64,000 nt of DNA from an uncultured virus (IMG/VR IMGVR_UViG_3300031733_000001) (IMGVR_UViG_3300031733_000001); one strand, 5' to 3'. Counted from the stretch's first letter, positions 54,237-63,638 are shown. Notes: generated by a model from the sequence alone, not told the origin. Translations and numbers: made by a program.

Positions 54237-54710
54237 GTGGAGGATCAAATGATCACAGAGGCCGACATCAACAACTGGTTCGAGTACCACAAACCGAGTG
54301 AGAGTCAGCTCCCTCTCTACTCCAAGCTGCGGGAGGCAGCCAAGTCATTCGCCCAAGTGGTGATGGAATGCACGCCACCCAGCCCAGATCAGACCACCGC
54401 CATCCGCAAGATCCGCGAGGCGGTCATGACCGCCAACGCCGCCATCGCCTGTGACCAGCTGCGCATCGACATCGAGGAAGTCGCTGGCGTGGTCACCTTC
54501 AGGTCCTACTGGCGCACATCCGAGCAGGACAACATGATCGGCAAGTACGATCTCTCCAAGATGGAGATTATGGCGGTGGGCAACGTGCGGAAGCTGCTGC
54601 ACACCTTCGTGAAGCAGACGGTGGGCATCATCGACAACCACCAGGTGCGGGAGGAGCGTGTGTGGAAGGCGGTCGAGCAGGCGTGTCACTCCAAGAGCCT
54701 TTCCTGGTGA
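54237..54710 (+). CDS. putative Acb2/Tad1-like hairpin-domain protein with C-terminal extension
   Basis: F.YH.P...Q...Y..LR and PPSPDQTTAIRKIREAVMTANAAIA resemble the sponge-protein hairpin pattern (from memory). Confidence 0.5.
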   Translation: MEDQMITEADINNWFEYHKPSESQLPLYSKLREAAKSFAQVVMECTPPSPDQTTAIRKIREAVMTANAAIACDQLRIDIEEVAGVVTFRSYWRTSEQDNMIGKYDLSKMEIMAVGNVRKLLHTFVKQTVGIIDNHQVREERVWKAVEQACHSKSLSW

Positions 54711-54886
54711 GTAAGTACTACTACATGAGTCTCACGGACGATGAGCTGGAGGAGCGCAAGAAGTTGGAGGAGCGCCGTTCCGTCAGAGCTATCCGTCCAC
54801 AAGATCGAGCCATCGCCGCCAAGAACGTCGAGGCCATCATCGCAGAGCAGGCCAGGCGCTTCGAGGAGAAGCATGGGCTAAAGTAA
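54707..54886 (+). CDS. small charged protein
   Basis: GTGA coupling to the upstream gene. Confidence 0.4.
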   Translation: MSKYYYMSLTDDELEERKKLEERRSVRAIRPQDRAIAAKNVEAIIAEQARRFEEKHGLK

Positions 54887-54910
54887 GGGGACCAGGTGCA
54901 CCTGGTCCCC
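54887..54910. terminator. perfect 24-bp palindrome between convergent units
   Basis: GGGGACCAGGTGCACCTGGTCCCC directly after the TAA stop. Confidence 0.5.
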
Positions 54911-55032
54911 TACTCTCCCGCTCACCTCCTTGAGGGGTTGTCGGTTGGGGCGCTCATTCATAGGAGGTCGCCCAGGCTCCTCAGCCGATCCACTGGTGGG
55001 TTAGCCAGCCTCCTTGTTTTGGTCCAGGGTAC

Positions 55033-55329
55033 TTATACCTCGATCCTCCCTGTCCCTTCACACCTGGAGCAGCAACGGTCGCCCACGAAGCCACCCTTGC
55101 AGCTCTTGCACTTCACGTACTTCCTGGGTGGCTCCACGCGCACCTCGCGCTTCTCCCACGGCATGACGCACAACAGCTTGATGAACTCGACTTGATCTGG
55201 AGCCATGGACTTGGCGATCTTCTCAGCCTCCTCAGCCGTCTTGAAGGGGCCTGACCACCGGTCGGCGGCCCGGCCTTCGTTGAACCACCACCCGACCGGC
55301 ATACCCTGGATGATGTGGGGCTCACCCAT
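55033..55329 (-). CDS. protein with DnaJ-type CxxCxGxG Zn finger
   Basis: CKSCKGG...CSRCEGTG; ATG 55329. Confidence 0.55.
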   Translation of the reverse strand: MGEPHIIQGMPVGWWFNEGRAADRWSGPFKTAEEAEKIAKSMAPDQVEFIKLLCVMPWEKREVRVEPPRKYVKCKSCKGGFVGDRCCSRCEGTGRIEV

Positions 55330-57142
55330 CGACGATCGTCCTTTCGAGCTGAGGGAGCGTAGACAGCTTCTTGATGATTTGGTCAAGCAGCTCGCTGTCG
55401 ATCGCTGCCGCGGGCTCCGTCTCACCACGCATGGCACCGCGCACGCCGTTCAAGATAGACCACACCGCGTGGCGCTCCTTGTTGGAGAGCGTGGCGGCGT
55501 AGAGACGGTGCTCCTCGAACGCCTTGAAGGCCATCGGAGCCACGTCCTTGGCCAGCTCGTACATCTTGTTGGCGTACTGCCTGATCTCCCACTGGGCGTG
55601 GGGGTGGAGGCGCAGGCCGCAGAAGTGGAAGAAGTTGTGCAGATCGATCTTCCAGAACCACTCCGTGTAGGCAGCAAGCGGGAGGTTGAGCCGGGCGAGC
55701 TCGTTGGCCAGGCCAGTGTCGGCGAGCCAGGCGTAGTCGTCCCAGGCCACCCGCTGACCCTCCTCGAACCGCTTCTGGATCAACTCCTTCAGCTCGATCT
55801 CGAGGCCGCCCTCGGTGCCCTGCTTGTTGCTCTTGCCCTTGCCACCCATGCGCCCGTAGCCGGGCACGTAGCTCTCACTCGGGAGAAGGCGGTAGCGTCC
55901 GCTCATCTCGTTGAGCGAGGCCGTGCGGTGGCGCACCCACTGGCGGGCCACGAAGATGGGCATGCGCGCCCGAAACACCAGCTCCACCTGCTCGAATGGG
56001 CTCGTGTTCCCACAGACGAAGGCGAACTTGTCCGCTCCGCCACGCACCATCAGCAGCCCAGTGGAGCTGGTAGCACAGTAGACCTTGCCCTTGTAGTACC
56101 TCTTGCTGAAGTACTCCTTCCTCGCCTCCAGAGACGTACGCTCACCGTGATAAGCGGTGGACCCAATCGATGTCCGGTGAGCGTCCGTCCCCAGCAGAGC
56201 GGAAAGCACCTCAAACAGATCGAGGAGCTTCTCAGAGGAACTGGAGAACTGCGTCTGCGGCCGGTCATCTTTCTCCGAACCATCCGAATTGATCAGGCCG
56301 TCGTACAGCCCGATGACCTCTCCGTGGTCCAGCAGATGGACAGTATCCAGAGGGAAGTTCTTGTCCTTCGCGCGGAGGGTGACGTCGATGTACCCCTTCA
56401 TCCATTCGGGGGTCCTGATGGTGAAGACGACCGCGTCCGAGTAGGTGGAAGATTGTCGTTCATCCCACTTCGCCTCCACCTTCTTGAGCAGATCCCTGAG
56501 ATAGACTTTCTTCCGCTCCTTCCGGATGTGGAAAGTGATCGTATTCAGGCTGCCGTAGCTCCCATCCCCCAGGTAGAAGCCGATGAACTGCATCTTCGGG
56601 TCAGTCTTCGTGTCAAACTGCACCCAGTGATAGCCCTTCAGAGGATCGAAGTGACCCCACTTCGACATGTTGTGCGCTCTGAAGATGTCGAACTCGGACT
56701 GTCCACGGGGCCTGAACCACATCCGATGGTCATCAGTCACGCAAAAGGACATCCTCTGGTTCTCGTAGGCAATCATCTCCTCATCCGCGTCGAATACCTC
56801 GAGCTGAAGCAGCTCACGTTTGAGGGTCCGGTTCTTCGGGTCTGGTACCAGGAAAACCTCCTCCCCCTCGCACTCGTCCCACTGCTTCCAGCCCTTGATC
56901 GTCAGGACCTGCATTGTGGGGTGGTAGCAATGGCGGTTGGCCATCATGTAGTTGATGATCCGCTTGATCCCCTTCTTGGTCTTCTTCTCCGCCTCGACCT
57001 CGTCGATGCTGGAAACCCAAGCCGCCTCGGCGATGCGCTGGTCCCCACCCATGTAGTCGACCAGGCAGACGAAGCCGTGATCAAGTACCTGGTGTTTGAC
57101 TCCCAGGTTGCTGTCAGCCCTCTTGTTGGTGGTGTGTCCCAT
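55322..57142 (-). CDS. thyX: flavin-dependent thymidylate synthase, intein-containing
   Basis: VLDHGFVCLVDYMG, RH|TSPFEQ, PIFVARQWVRHRTASLNEMSGRY and LRLHPHAQWEIR; AAGGAG SD before ATG 57142. Confidence 0.93.
   Translation of the reverse strand: MGHTTNKRADSNLGVKHQVLDHGFVCLVDYMGGDQRIAEAAWVSSIDEVEAEKKTKKGIKRIINYMMANRHCYHPTMQVLTIKGWKQWDECEGEEVFLVPDPKNRTLKRELLQLEVFDADEEMIAYENQRMSFCVTDDHRMWFRPRGQSEFDIFRAHNMSKWGHFDPLKGYHWVQFDTKTDPKMQFIGFYLGDGSYGSLNTITFHIRKERKKVYLRDLLKKVEAKWDERQSSTYSDAVVFTIRTPEWMKGYIDVTLRAKDKNFPLDTVHLLDHGEVIGLYDGLINSDGSEKDDRPQTQFSSSSEKLLDLFEVLSALLGTDAHRTSIGSTAYHGERTSLEARKEYFSKRYYKGKVYCATSSTGLLMVRGGADKFAFVCGNTSPFEQVELVFRARMPIFVARQWVRHRTASLNEMSGRYRLLPSESYVPGYGRMGGKGKSNKQGTEGGLEIELKELIQKRFEEGQRVAWDDYAWLADTGLANELARLNLPLAAYTEWFWKIDLHNFFHFCGLRLHPHAQWEIRQYANKMYELAKDVAPMAFKAFEEHRLYAATLSNKERHAVWSILNGVRGAMRGETEPAAAIDSELLDQIIKKLSTLPQLERTIVDG
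56006..56929 (-). mobile_element. intein with LAGLIDADG-type homing endonuclease (308 aa) in thyX
   Basis: Begins CYHPTMQVLTIKGWK; block B VTDDHRMW; endonuclease motifs IGFYLGDGS and GLINSDGS; ends VYC...VCGN followed by Thr. Removing it restores RHTSPFE. Confidence 0.9.
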
Positions 57143-57491
57143 ATAGCTTCTCCTTCTCGTCCAGGAACTGGTTTCTCGCTTCGTCCGTTCGTAGGAGGAT
57201 CCTGAGACCTTCTGTACAGGCGCCGTCCGGTTGTGCGCAGATCTCACAACCAGCCAGGTGGGAACGCCACTTCATGCCCCACCGATTCCACCTGCGGAAC
57301 TTGCGCAGATACGGGATCTTCCTCCCTCGCTTGAGGGCCTCTTTCAAGGTGGTGTCCCGGATGTTGCCCAGGATGAACACCTCTGGGTGGTCTCTCGCCG
57401 CATCCTTGCACGCTGGACAGGGGATGATGTCGCCAGTCGGCAAGACCTCCAGCTTGGTCACGCCGGCGTTGCAGATGTGTTCGTCCCCCAT
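57114..57491 (-). CDS. stand-alone SPASM/twitch-like Fe-S domain protein
   Basis: CNAG....EVLPTGDIIPCPAC...LGNIRDTTLKE; ATG overlaps the radical SAM stop. Confidence 0.65.
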   Translation of the reverse strand: MGDEHICNAGVTKLEVLPTGDIIPCPACKDAARDHPEVFILGNIRDTTLKEALKRGRKIPYLRKFRRWNRWGMKWRSHLAGCEICAQPDGACTEGLRILLRTDEARNQFLDEKEKLYGTHHQQEG

Positions 57492-58300
57492 CAGATGTCG
57501 AGTCCGGCTTCTGTGGGCACCTCGATGCCCACGATCTTCTTGATGCTCTCCTTCCACTTGACCAGGGAATGGTCCTTCAGCCGTCGATACAGCTCGTGGA
57601 TGGCGTCATCGTTCCAGGCCCCCTCGAGGAAGTTGGCGGCGTTGATGGCCGCCGGGGGAGCCTTGTTGATCTTCAACCTCGCCGCAGCATGGTTCATCTT
57701 CCCGATCCAGATGGCGTCGGTGATGTAGGGGTAGAAGGTGTCCACCGCCTGGATGGTGCTGGGGATGTCTGGGCAGAGCAGGGGCTCCATGCTCACGCTG
57801 GTCTTGAAGCCGGCGCGCTCGGCATAGACCAGACAGAAGATGCGCTCGGCGACCGTGGGAGCGAAGGGCTCCCACATACCCAGCACGCTGGGATCGATGC
57901 TGCCGATAGTGAACCGGAACAAGATCTGATCCTCATAGCCCTCCACCGCCCTGGTGAGCTGCTCGATCACCTCCGGGTGCGGCTTGGACACCACCAGCAC
58001 CCTGTTCCCCACCCTCAGCAGGCTCTGGAGCACGGCGATGGTGTACTTCATGTTGCCGGGCGTGAGATCGTGCTGGGTGGGGAACATCACGGTCCCCTCT
58101 CGCTTGCCGAACCGCTTGTGGATCTTGTCCGGAATGGGCTTATCGTTCGTCCAGTCCTCGGTGTCCTTGGTCTTGGTGCGGCCGGAGGCTGTGGCACGTG
58201 CGTAGCAGTACCAGCAGCCATTGGAGCAGCCGCTCATGCAGTTGACGGACGAGTGGGACCACTCCCTGGTCCCGCTCACCCCTTTCTTCGTCTCAGCCAT
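57491..58300 (-). CDS. radical SAM protein (DUF5131/SPL-like)
   Basis: GCSNGCWYCYA (CxxxCxxC) and SVSMEPLL; GGAGG SD before ATG 58300. Confidence 0.75.
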   Translation of the reverse strand: MAETKKGVSGTREWSHSSVNCMSGCSNGCWYCYARATASGRTKTKDTEDWTNDKPIPDKIHKRFGKREGTVMFPTQHDLTPGNMKYTIAVLQSLLRVGNRVLVVSKPHPEVIEQLTRAVEGYEDQILFRFTIGSIDPSVLGMWEPFAPTVAERIFCLVYAERAGFKTSVSMEPLLCPDIPSTIQAVDTFYPYITDAIWIGKMNHAAARLKINKAPPAAINAANFLEGAWNDDAIHELYRRLKDHSLVKWKESIKKIVGIEVPTEAGLDI

Positions 58301-58301
58301 T

Positions 58302-58592
58302 TCAGTCCTCCGGTAGTCTGTTGATGTGAACCCCCAAGCACTCGTGGACCATCGTGTCGAGATCACCGATGCATCTGCAGCCGTAGTCCTCCCTGATCTG
58401 CTCACACTCCTTGCAGTTCTTCACGGTGAACCATGATCCGTCGCACCGGCCCGTGTGGACATGATAGTGATCCCCCCTCTTGATGTCAGCCCCACACTCG
58501 TCGCACTTGTGGCCCTTGCGCGCCTTGCGGATCTTGGTCCTGTGGACGGTGATCGGCTCGAGATCTAGATCACAGGGGCAGCTAGCTTCCAT
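58302..58592 (-). CDS. Zn-finger hypothetical protein
   Basis: KARKGHKCDECG..I..G..Y...CKEC, a common small phage family pattern. Confidence 0.6.
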   Translation of the reverse strand: MEASCPCDLDLEPITVHRTKIRKARKGHKCDECGADIKRGDHYHVHTGRCDGSWFTVKNCKECEQIREDYGCRCIGDLDTMVHECLGVHINRLPED

Positions 58593-59334
58593 ATGGTGCC
58601 TCCGTGTACTTGTGGAGAGACTGTGGGTGCTGGTAGCGGTGCATGGAGTTGAGCCCCTTCAGGTCCTCCTCCGTCACACCATCCATGTCCGACAGGCCCA
58701 CCCACACCCATGCTTGAACGTACACACCGTCATCCGGGGGCTCCCCGACGCTGGGCATGGCGTTGTCGTCGATCTCGATGAAGCCCTCGTTCTGGTAGGT
58801 AGCGCGTGCGGCTTCGATCACACACTCCATCGTCTCCTTCTTAGTCACGGATGACCCTCACAGTCCCAACGGTGTTGCCGTTGATGTCGAGCAGTTTGTC
58901 GTCACTCTCCAGGGCCTCACAGATGCAACGCCCATCCCGCTCGAGCTGAGCATAGACCTTTCCCAGCGCGGTCGTTAAGATACGGGGTAGCTCGACCTCC
59001 AGATTGTCATGCAAAGCCGCATCGTCGCAGTTGATCTCGATCTTGATCTTCATTCGATGTCCTCCACTACAGCTGATGCTACATAGCGGTCGGTGATGCG
59101 TACAGTCTTCTTCCTGCTCAGAGAGCCTCTGAGCAGCTTCATCAGATCTGCGTCTTCCATCTCTTCCAGCATGCTCTGCGCCTGATCGCTGGTATCAATG
59201 GGGCCGATGTGAACTAGATAGTCGGTCTCGACCGTCTCGGTGATGGTCACACGCACAGGGCTGAGCACGTAGTCCTCCGCCCTCAGACCCCTTGCAGGGT
59301 CCAGCTCATTCGACGGAACGATCTTTGTCTTCAT
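58582..59334 (-). other. three small coupled hypothetical CDSs (58582-58848, 58841-59053, 59050-59334)
   Basis: Overlapping start/stop codons and SD motifs; no recognisable domain. Confidence 0.5.
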
Positions 59335-59435
59335 CCGCCTGCTCCTTTACCCGCCTCTTGTACTCGTCGCTCGTGCAGTACGGAACGGCGTCCTGGTGCG
59401 AAGCCCAGCAGTTGTCGCACGCCTTCTCGTCCCCC

Positions 59436-59846
59436 TCATGCGGGCAGGGCACGGGCCAGTTTTGATCCATCTCTCAAAGACTCCCTTCTGTACCAGCGTT
59501 CGACGCGCTCGTTGTCCATGCCGGAGTTGTAGGTCACTTCGATCACGTTGTTGTGCGGGAACATGGTGCGGAGATACTTGTCCACGGGGAGGGCCTCCTC
59601 CAGGTAGGCGTCGTGGACCAGCCCATCCATGAATAGGACGGCATGGCACCTCCACCCGACCACCTGGACGCATGAGGGGTGGAGATCACCCAGGTAGGGC
59701 ACGTCCATGTACATGATCTCCGCCCGTGCTTCCCTCTCGGGCCCGAGCCACTTCAGGATGTCGTCCACCAGCTCGAGACAGTAGCCATCGTAGTCTTCCA
59801 GATCCTCGCCCTTCTCTTCGAGAAACTTTCGGGCTAGGTTAACCAT
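59436..59846 (-). CDS. hypothetical protein (possible papain-like C...H...D triad)
   Basis: GYC, WRCHAV and VHD; AAAGGAG SD. Confidence 0.45.
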   Translation of the reverse strand: MVNLARKFLEEKGEDLEDYDGYCLELVDDILKWLGPEREARAEIMYMDVPYLGDLHPSCVQVVGWRCHAVLFMDGLVHDAYLEEALPVDKYLRTMFPHNNVIEVTYNSGMDNERVERWYRRESLRDGSKLARALPA

Positions 59847-59860
59847 TCTACGTCTCCTTT

Positions 59861-60487
59861 CTATGGATCAATCGGCAGATTCGGTTCGTAGAAGTAGGGG
59901 CTCCCCGGTAGTTTGGCCCTCCCACGCTTCAGGACTCCTGCGTCAGTCAAATAGTCAAGGATGCCCTTCAATTCATTGCGGCTGAGTCGTGCATTCCATG
60001 AAGCACGCATCTGATCTAATACCCCGTTGATCGTATGTCCCTCTCCTACGTACTCATAGATGACAGATTCTAATTCTCCTAGCCTGTACCCGTTCACAAT
60101 GAGTGTGCCCGACTCCAACAAGTGCGGAAATTCTTCCAGCAGACGATCAACAAAGACCAAGAACTCATTGGGATCAAGCACAGCTGCAGAAATGAACTTT
60201 AGATGGGTTCCCGAACTGGAAGTCAGCAACTCCAAGCTCTTGGATATCCTCGCTAGTTGTGTCCTGATGTCCGGTGCGGCTCTGTGAGAGCGTCTCACCT
60301 TGAGTTCTAGTGGTATTTCGACATCAATTTCTCGGCCCTCTAAGATCTTGATGATGTCTTGGCTCTTCATCCTCGAGACAGCCCGATTAGTGGGTCGGTC
60401 CTCGAGAGGACCGGTCTGGAGTATGAGCCATCGAAGCTCAAGCCGGGTGCAACCTTCCAGATATCCTCTCGTCAGCTTGCTACCCAT
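59861..60487 (-). CDS. lower-GC protein with C-terminal winged-helix-like region
   Basis: Visibly more A/T-rich codons; SRNELKGILDYLTDAGVLKR. Confidence 0.5.
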   Translation of the reverse strand: MGSKLTRGYLEGCTRLELRWLILQTGPLEDRPTNRAVSRMKSQDIIKILEGREIDVEIPLELKVRRSHRAAPDIRTQLARISKSLELLTSSSGTHLKFISAAVLDPNEFLVFVDRLLEEFPHLLESGTLIVNGYRLGELESVIYEYVGEGHTINGVLDQMRASWNARLSRNELKGILDYLTDAGVLKRGRAKLPGSPYFYEPNLPIDP

Positions 60488-60719
60488 CCCACACCTCTTG
60501 GATCGCCCTGTAGATGTGCCAGCCACGCTGGGTGAGGCGCAGGTTGGTCTTCCTCTTGCCGATGAACCCGGCCCGGTGCAGGCCCTCCAGGGCCTGGTTG
60601 AGGAAGCCGAACTTGATGTCAGGCAGACACTCCTCCAGGTCGGAGAAGTTCATGCGAGAGCCCTTGCCGTTGGTGTTACGCGCCACCACCAGCAGGATCT
60701 TGATCTGGTTAGGGGTCAT
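60480..60719 (-). CDS. small winged-HTH protein
   Basis: MTPNQIKIL...FSDL...LNQALEGLHRAGFI....LTQRG (MarR/HxlR-like). Confidence 0.6.
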   Translation of the reverse strand: MTPNQIKILLVVARNTNGKGSRMNFSDLEECLPDIKFGFLNQALEGLHRAGFIGKRKTNLRLTQRGWHIYRAIQEVWDG

Positions 60720-62401
60720 CGGTCCTCCGATCTTCCACGGCTGGGATCACGAAATGCTGCTTCAGATCTTCCAAGATGGCGTCCTCAGTCTCGCCCCAGA
60801 TGATGGTGAAGGACATCGGCAGGTGCGTGTCCTCTGGCCCCTTGAAGACAGGTCGGCCTTTCTTCAGCTCCTCGATGTTCTTGTTGGTCAGGCCGATGAC
60901 CAGGAGAGGGATCCCTCCTCTGCTAGTGGTATGTGCCAAGATCATGTTCACTCCTAGGGCAGATCTTCGAGGATGGCTCGGCGCTCCTCCTCGACTTTCT
61001 GCAGATCGATCTCGAAGTACTCGGCCAACAGCTGCTCGTGAGAGAAGTGCACAGGCATCAACTCACCGTTGCGTAGCCCGCAGACCATCTCCACGTCCCC
61101 CTCCTCGTCCCCCTCGAAGCGGGCCACCCGCTCGAGACAGCCGTCATCATGCTCGTGCTCTTCACAGAACACCCAGCCCTTCACCTCCCTGAGCCAGTCG
61201 ATGAATCGGCCGATCTCTTGGCTCTTGTCCTTAGCCTTGGCCATCTTCGCCAACTCGGGCAGCCCGTCGATGGTTGCCAGGCAGGCGGCACAGGTCACGT
61301 TGTCAGCGTTCCTGGTAGAGTCACCATCCTCGTAGTCCCTGCCGCAACCCAGTTTCTCGCTCTTGTAGGGATCCCACCAGTGCATCTTCCTACTCATCGT
61401 TCACCTCCCTTGCGATCACCTCGACGTTGCGGTGGATGAAGTTGTCCTCGTCGCGCATGAGCTGCGCAGAGAACATGGTTTCGCTGTAGTCCTCCGGCAG
61501 GGTGTACTCGTGGTCCTGCTCGATCAGCACGCCAGGTGCGAAACCCTCCTTGAACACCTTGTCGCAGTCCTTGAGCTTGAGGACCATCCGAATCGTCTTT
61601 TTGATCATCGGCTCTCCTTCACGTGTTGCCAACAGAGGTGCCTGGGACCGGTGGTGGCTTTGTGGATCACTTTCCCACAGGTGATACACTCCACGTGGTA
61701 ACGAATTCTCCCACTGTGGACTCCTCGCGCGGGTGTGGGCCACACCCGCAGAGCATGGCCTCTCAGACTGAACGTGACCTCATCTTCTGGCCCATCGTTT
61801 CCGTATACGTTCTTGGCGACTGGCCAGGGGATTCCCTCGAACTCGGCGGCCTTCACTGGTGAGGGAGTCTCTTGTTGCAGCAGGATGGCTGCTTGTCTGA
61901 GGCAATCCCTATCATGATTGCGGAACATCTGGTCCGCCTCGCTGGCGTACTTGCGCACCACTGCGATGATCTCTTTCCTGGTCTTCACTAGATCACCTTC
62001 ACTTTCTTGCCGTAGCTGGTGATCTCCAGCATGTTGCAGATGTTCCGTGGCTTGCCGTCGATGTAGGCCACTGCATCGTCTCCCACCACCATCTCTTCAC
62101 CCACCCCCATGAACGATACGATCTGCCCGTCCACATGGAACTTGCCGTCCGGGTCTTGATCGACACCGAAGGTACGGAGGACGTGCATCAGCTCGCTGTT
62201 GCTACCGATCCAGCCCATCTAGTCCTCCTCTCTGAGTCTGATCTTCTGGATGTAGCGGATACGCTCATCGAGTTCCCGCAGATTCTCGCACACGCAGTCC
62301 ATGCTACGTCCCCGCTCCTTCCACTCCACCAAGTAGCCTGTCCAACGTGTGACCTTGATCTGCGATCCCTCGGCCTTCTTCTTCAGACGCTTGAAACTCA
62401 T
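60709..62401 (-). other. six small coupled hypothetical CDSs (60709-60951, 60954-61397, 61390-61608, 61605-61988, 61988-62218, 62219-62401)
   Basis: Tightly packed - strand ORFs with SD motifs, several Cys/His-rich. Confidence 0.5.
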
Positions 62402-62922
62402 CAGTCCTCCACTATCACCAGGGGTTCGTCACCCGTGGCCTTGCCGTGGTCTATCCAACCGATGTCCACCCACTGCTTCTGCTCCCCATCGATTTCCACG
62501 GGCTGGGGCAGGTGGTCGACGTGGTCGGCGAAGTTCGGCAGGTTGCTGCGCCTGATCTGCAAGCGGCCGTCGAGGCGCAGCTCCATGCGCTTGCGGAGCC
62601 AGGGCTCCATCTCCTTGAGCAGCTTCTCGCTCCTCTCCTTTGCCCCGTTCGAGGCCCTCTCCGGTTTCCTCTTGGTGCGCTTCACGAGCTTGAGGGCCTC
62701 CCTGATGTGCTTGATGCGACTGGGGTGCAACAGCTTGCGAGTGCCCCTGTACTCGAGCTGTCGAGCGCGCTCTGGCCCCACCGGGGGGTCGAGACCTGCG
62801 CCCGCTTGCTTCAGAGTGCCCCCGCAGAGCCGACTGATAATCACAGCTCGTTCTCTAGGGCTGATGGTTGAGAGGGCCTGTCGCAGGCCCTCCAGCAGCT
62901 TCTTCGTATCGATGTCGATCAT
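62401..62922 (-). CDS. orphan sigma-70 region 4 domain protein
   Basis: LSTISPRERAVI..R...TLKQAG....VGPERARQLE.RG.RKLLHPSR closely follows RpoD region 4 (TRERIRQIE.KALRKLRHPSR); no region 2. Confidence 0.75.
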   Translation of the reverse strand: MIDIDTKKLLEGLRQALSTISPRERAVIISRLCGGTLKQAGAGLDPPVGPERARQLEYRGTRKLLHPSRIKHIREALKLVKRTKRKPERASNGAKERSEKLLKEMEPWLRKRMELRLDGRLQIRRSNLPNFADHVDHLPQPVEIDGEQKQWVDIGWIDHGKATGDEPLVIVED

Positions 62923-62931
62923 CGCTCGCTC

Positions 62932-63564
62932 CTACTGGATGTCGCTGCACTCACTGCAGCAGGGGCAGTGCTTGGGGATGGGGGTCGTGCAGCCGTAGAC
63001 CCCGCAGGGCTTCATGTCCAGCTTGTCCAAGATCTGCCCGATCTCGTGGATGTGGTCGTGGATGTCGTCGCTCTTGTAGTTCTTCTGGCAGATGGAGCAG
63101 GTACCGTGCGTGCCGTAGTCGTGAGGCTCGAATCCGGCCTTCTTGAGGCACTCCGTGCACACGTGCCCACTCCTGGCCGGTGGGATGTCCTGGTCACCCT
63201 GCTTACGCTTGCGCGGTGGACCCTCGAACTTGCGCTTGAGCTTCCGGTAGAGCTCGTATTCAGGATCTTTCATCTGTGCCAGCTTGATCTGGAGCCCCCT
63301 CCACTCCCTAGGCGTGAGCTTGTAGTAGCCGTGCAGCCACATCTCCACAGCCCTCACCGTCCTCGAGGCTCCTCTGTCCCCCGTCTGCTCACCGGCGTAG
63401 GCGGCGCTCTCGGCCGTCTTGGCCGCCTGCTTGAGCACGTGGTAGAGTAGCTCAGCCACGTCGCTGGGCAGCTCCTTCATCTTCTCGAACATCAGGTCCG
63501 CCACCTCGAGGGTGTTGCGGACCCACTGGATGTCCTCTTGGGACATCACCTCTTCGGGAATCAT
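62932..63564 (-). CDS. Cys/His-rich hypothetical protein
   Basis: AGGAGG SD before ATG 63564; CTEC, CSIC and further Cys clusters. Confidence 0.55.
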   Translation of the reverse strand: MIPEEVMSQEDIQWVRNTLEVADLMFEKMKELPSDVAELLYHVLKQAAKTAESAAYAGEQTGDRGASRTVRAVEMWLHGYYKLTPREWRGLQIKLAQMKDPEYELYRKLKRKFEGPPRKRKQGDQDIPPARSGHVCTECLKKAGFEPHDYGTHGTCSICQKNYKSDDIHDHIHEIGQILDKLDMKPCGVYGCTTPIPKHCPCCSECSDIQ

Positions 63565-63594
63565 CGTAAGCCTCCTGTTGATCATCTTGACTTC

Positions 63595-63602
63595 CTTATA
63601 CC
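63595..63602 (-). promoter_or_regulatory. GGTATAAG candidate phage promoter
   Basis: 31 nt upstream of ATG 63564, at the head of a long - strand operon. Confidence 0.6.
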
Positions 63603-63638
63603 CCAAGAGGCAAAGTTGTTCAGCCAAGGAGGGAGATC

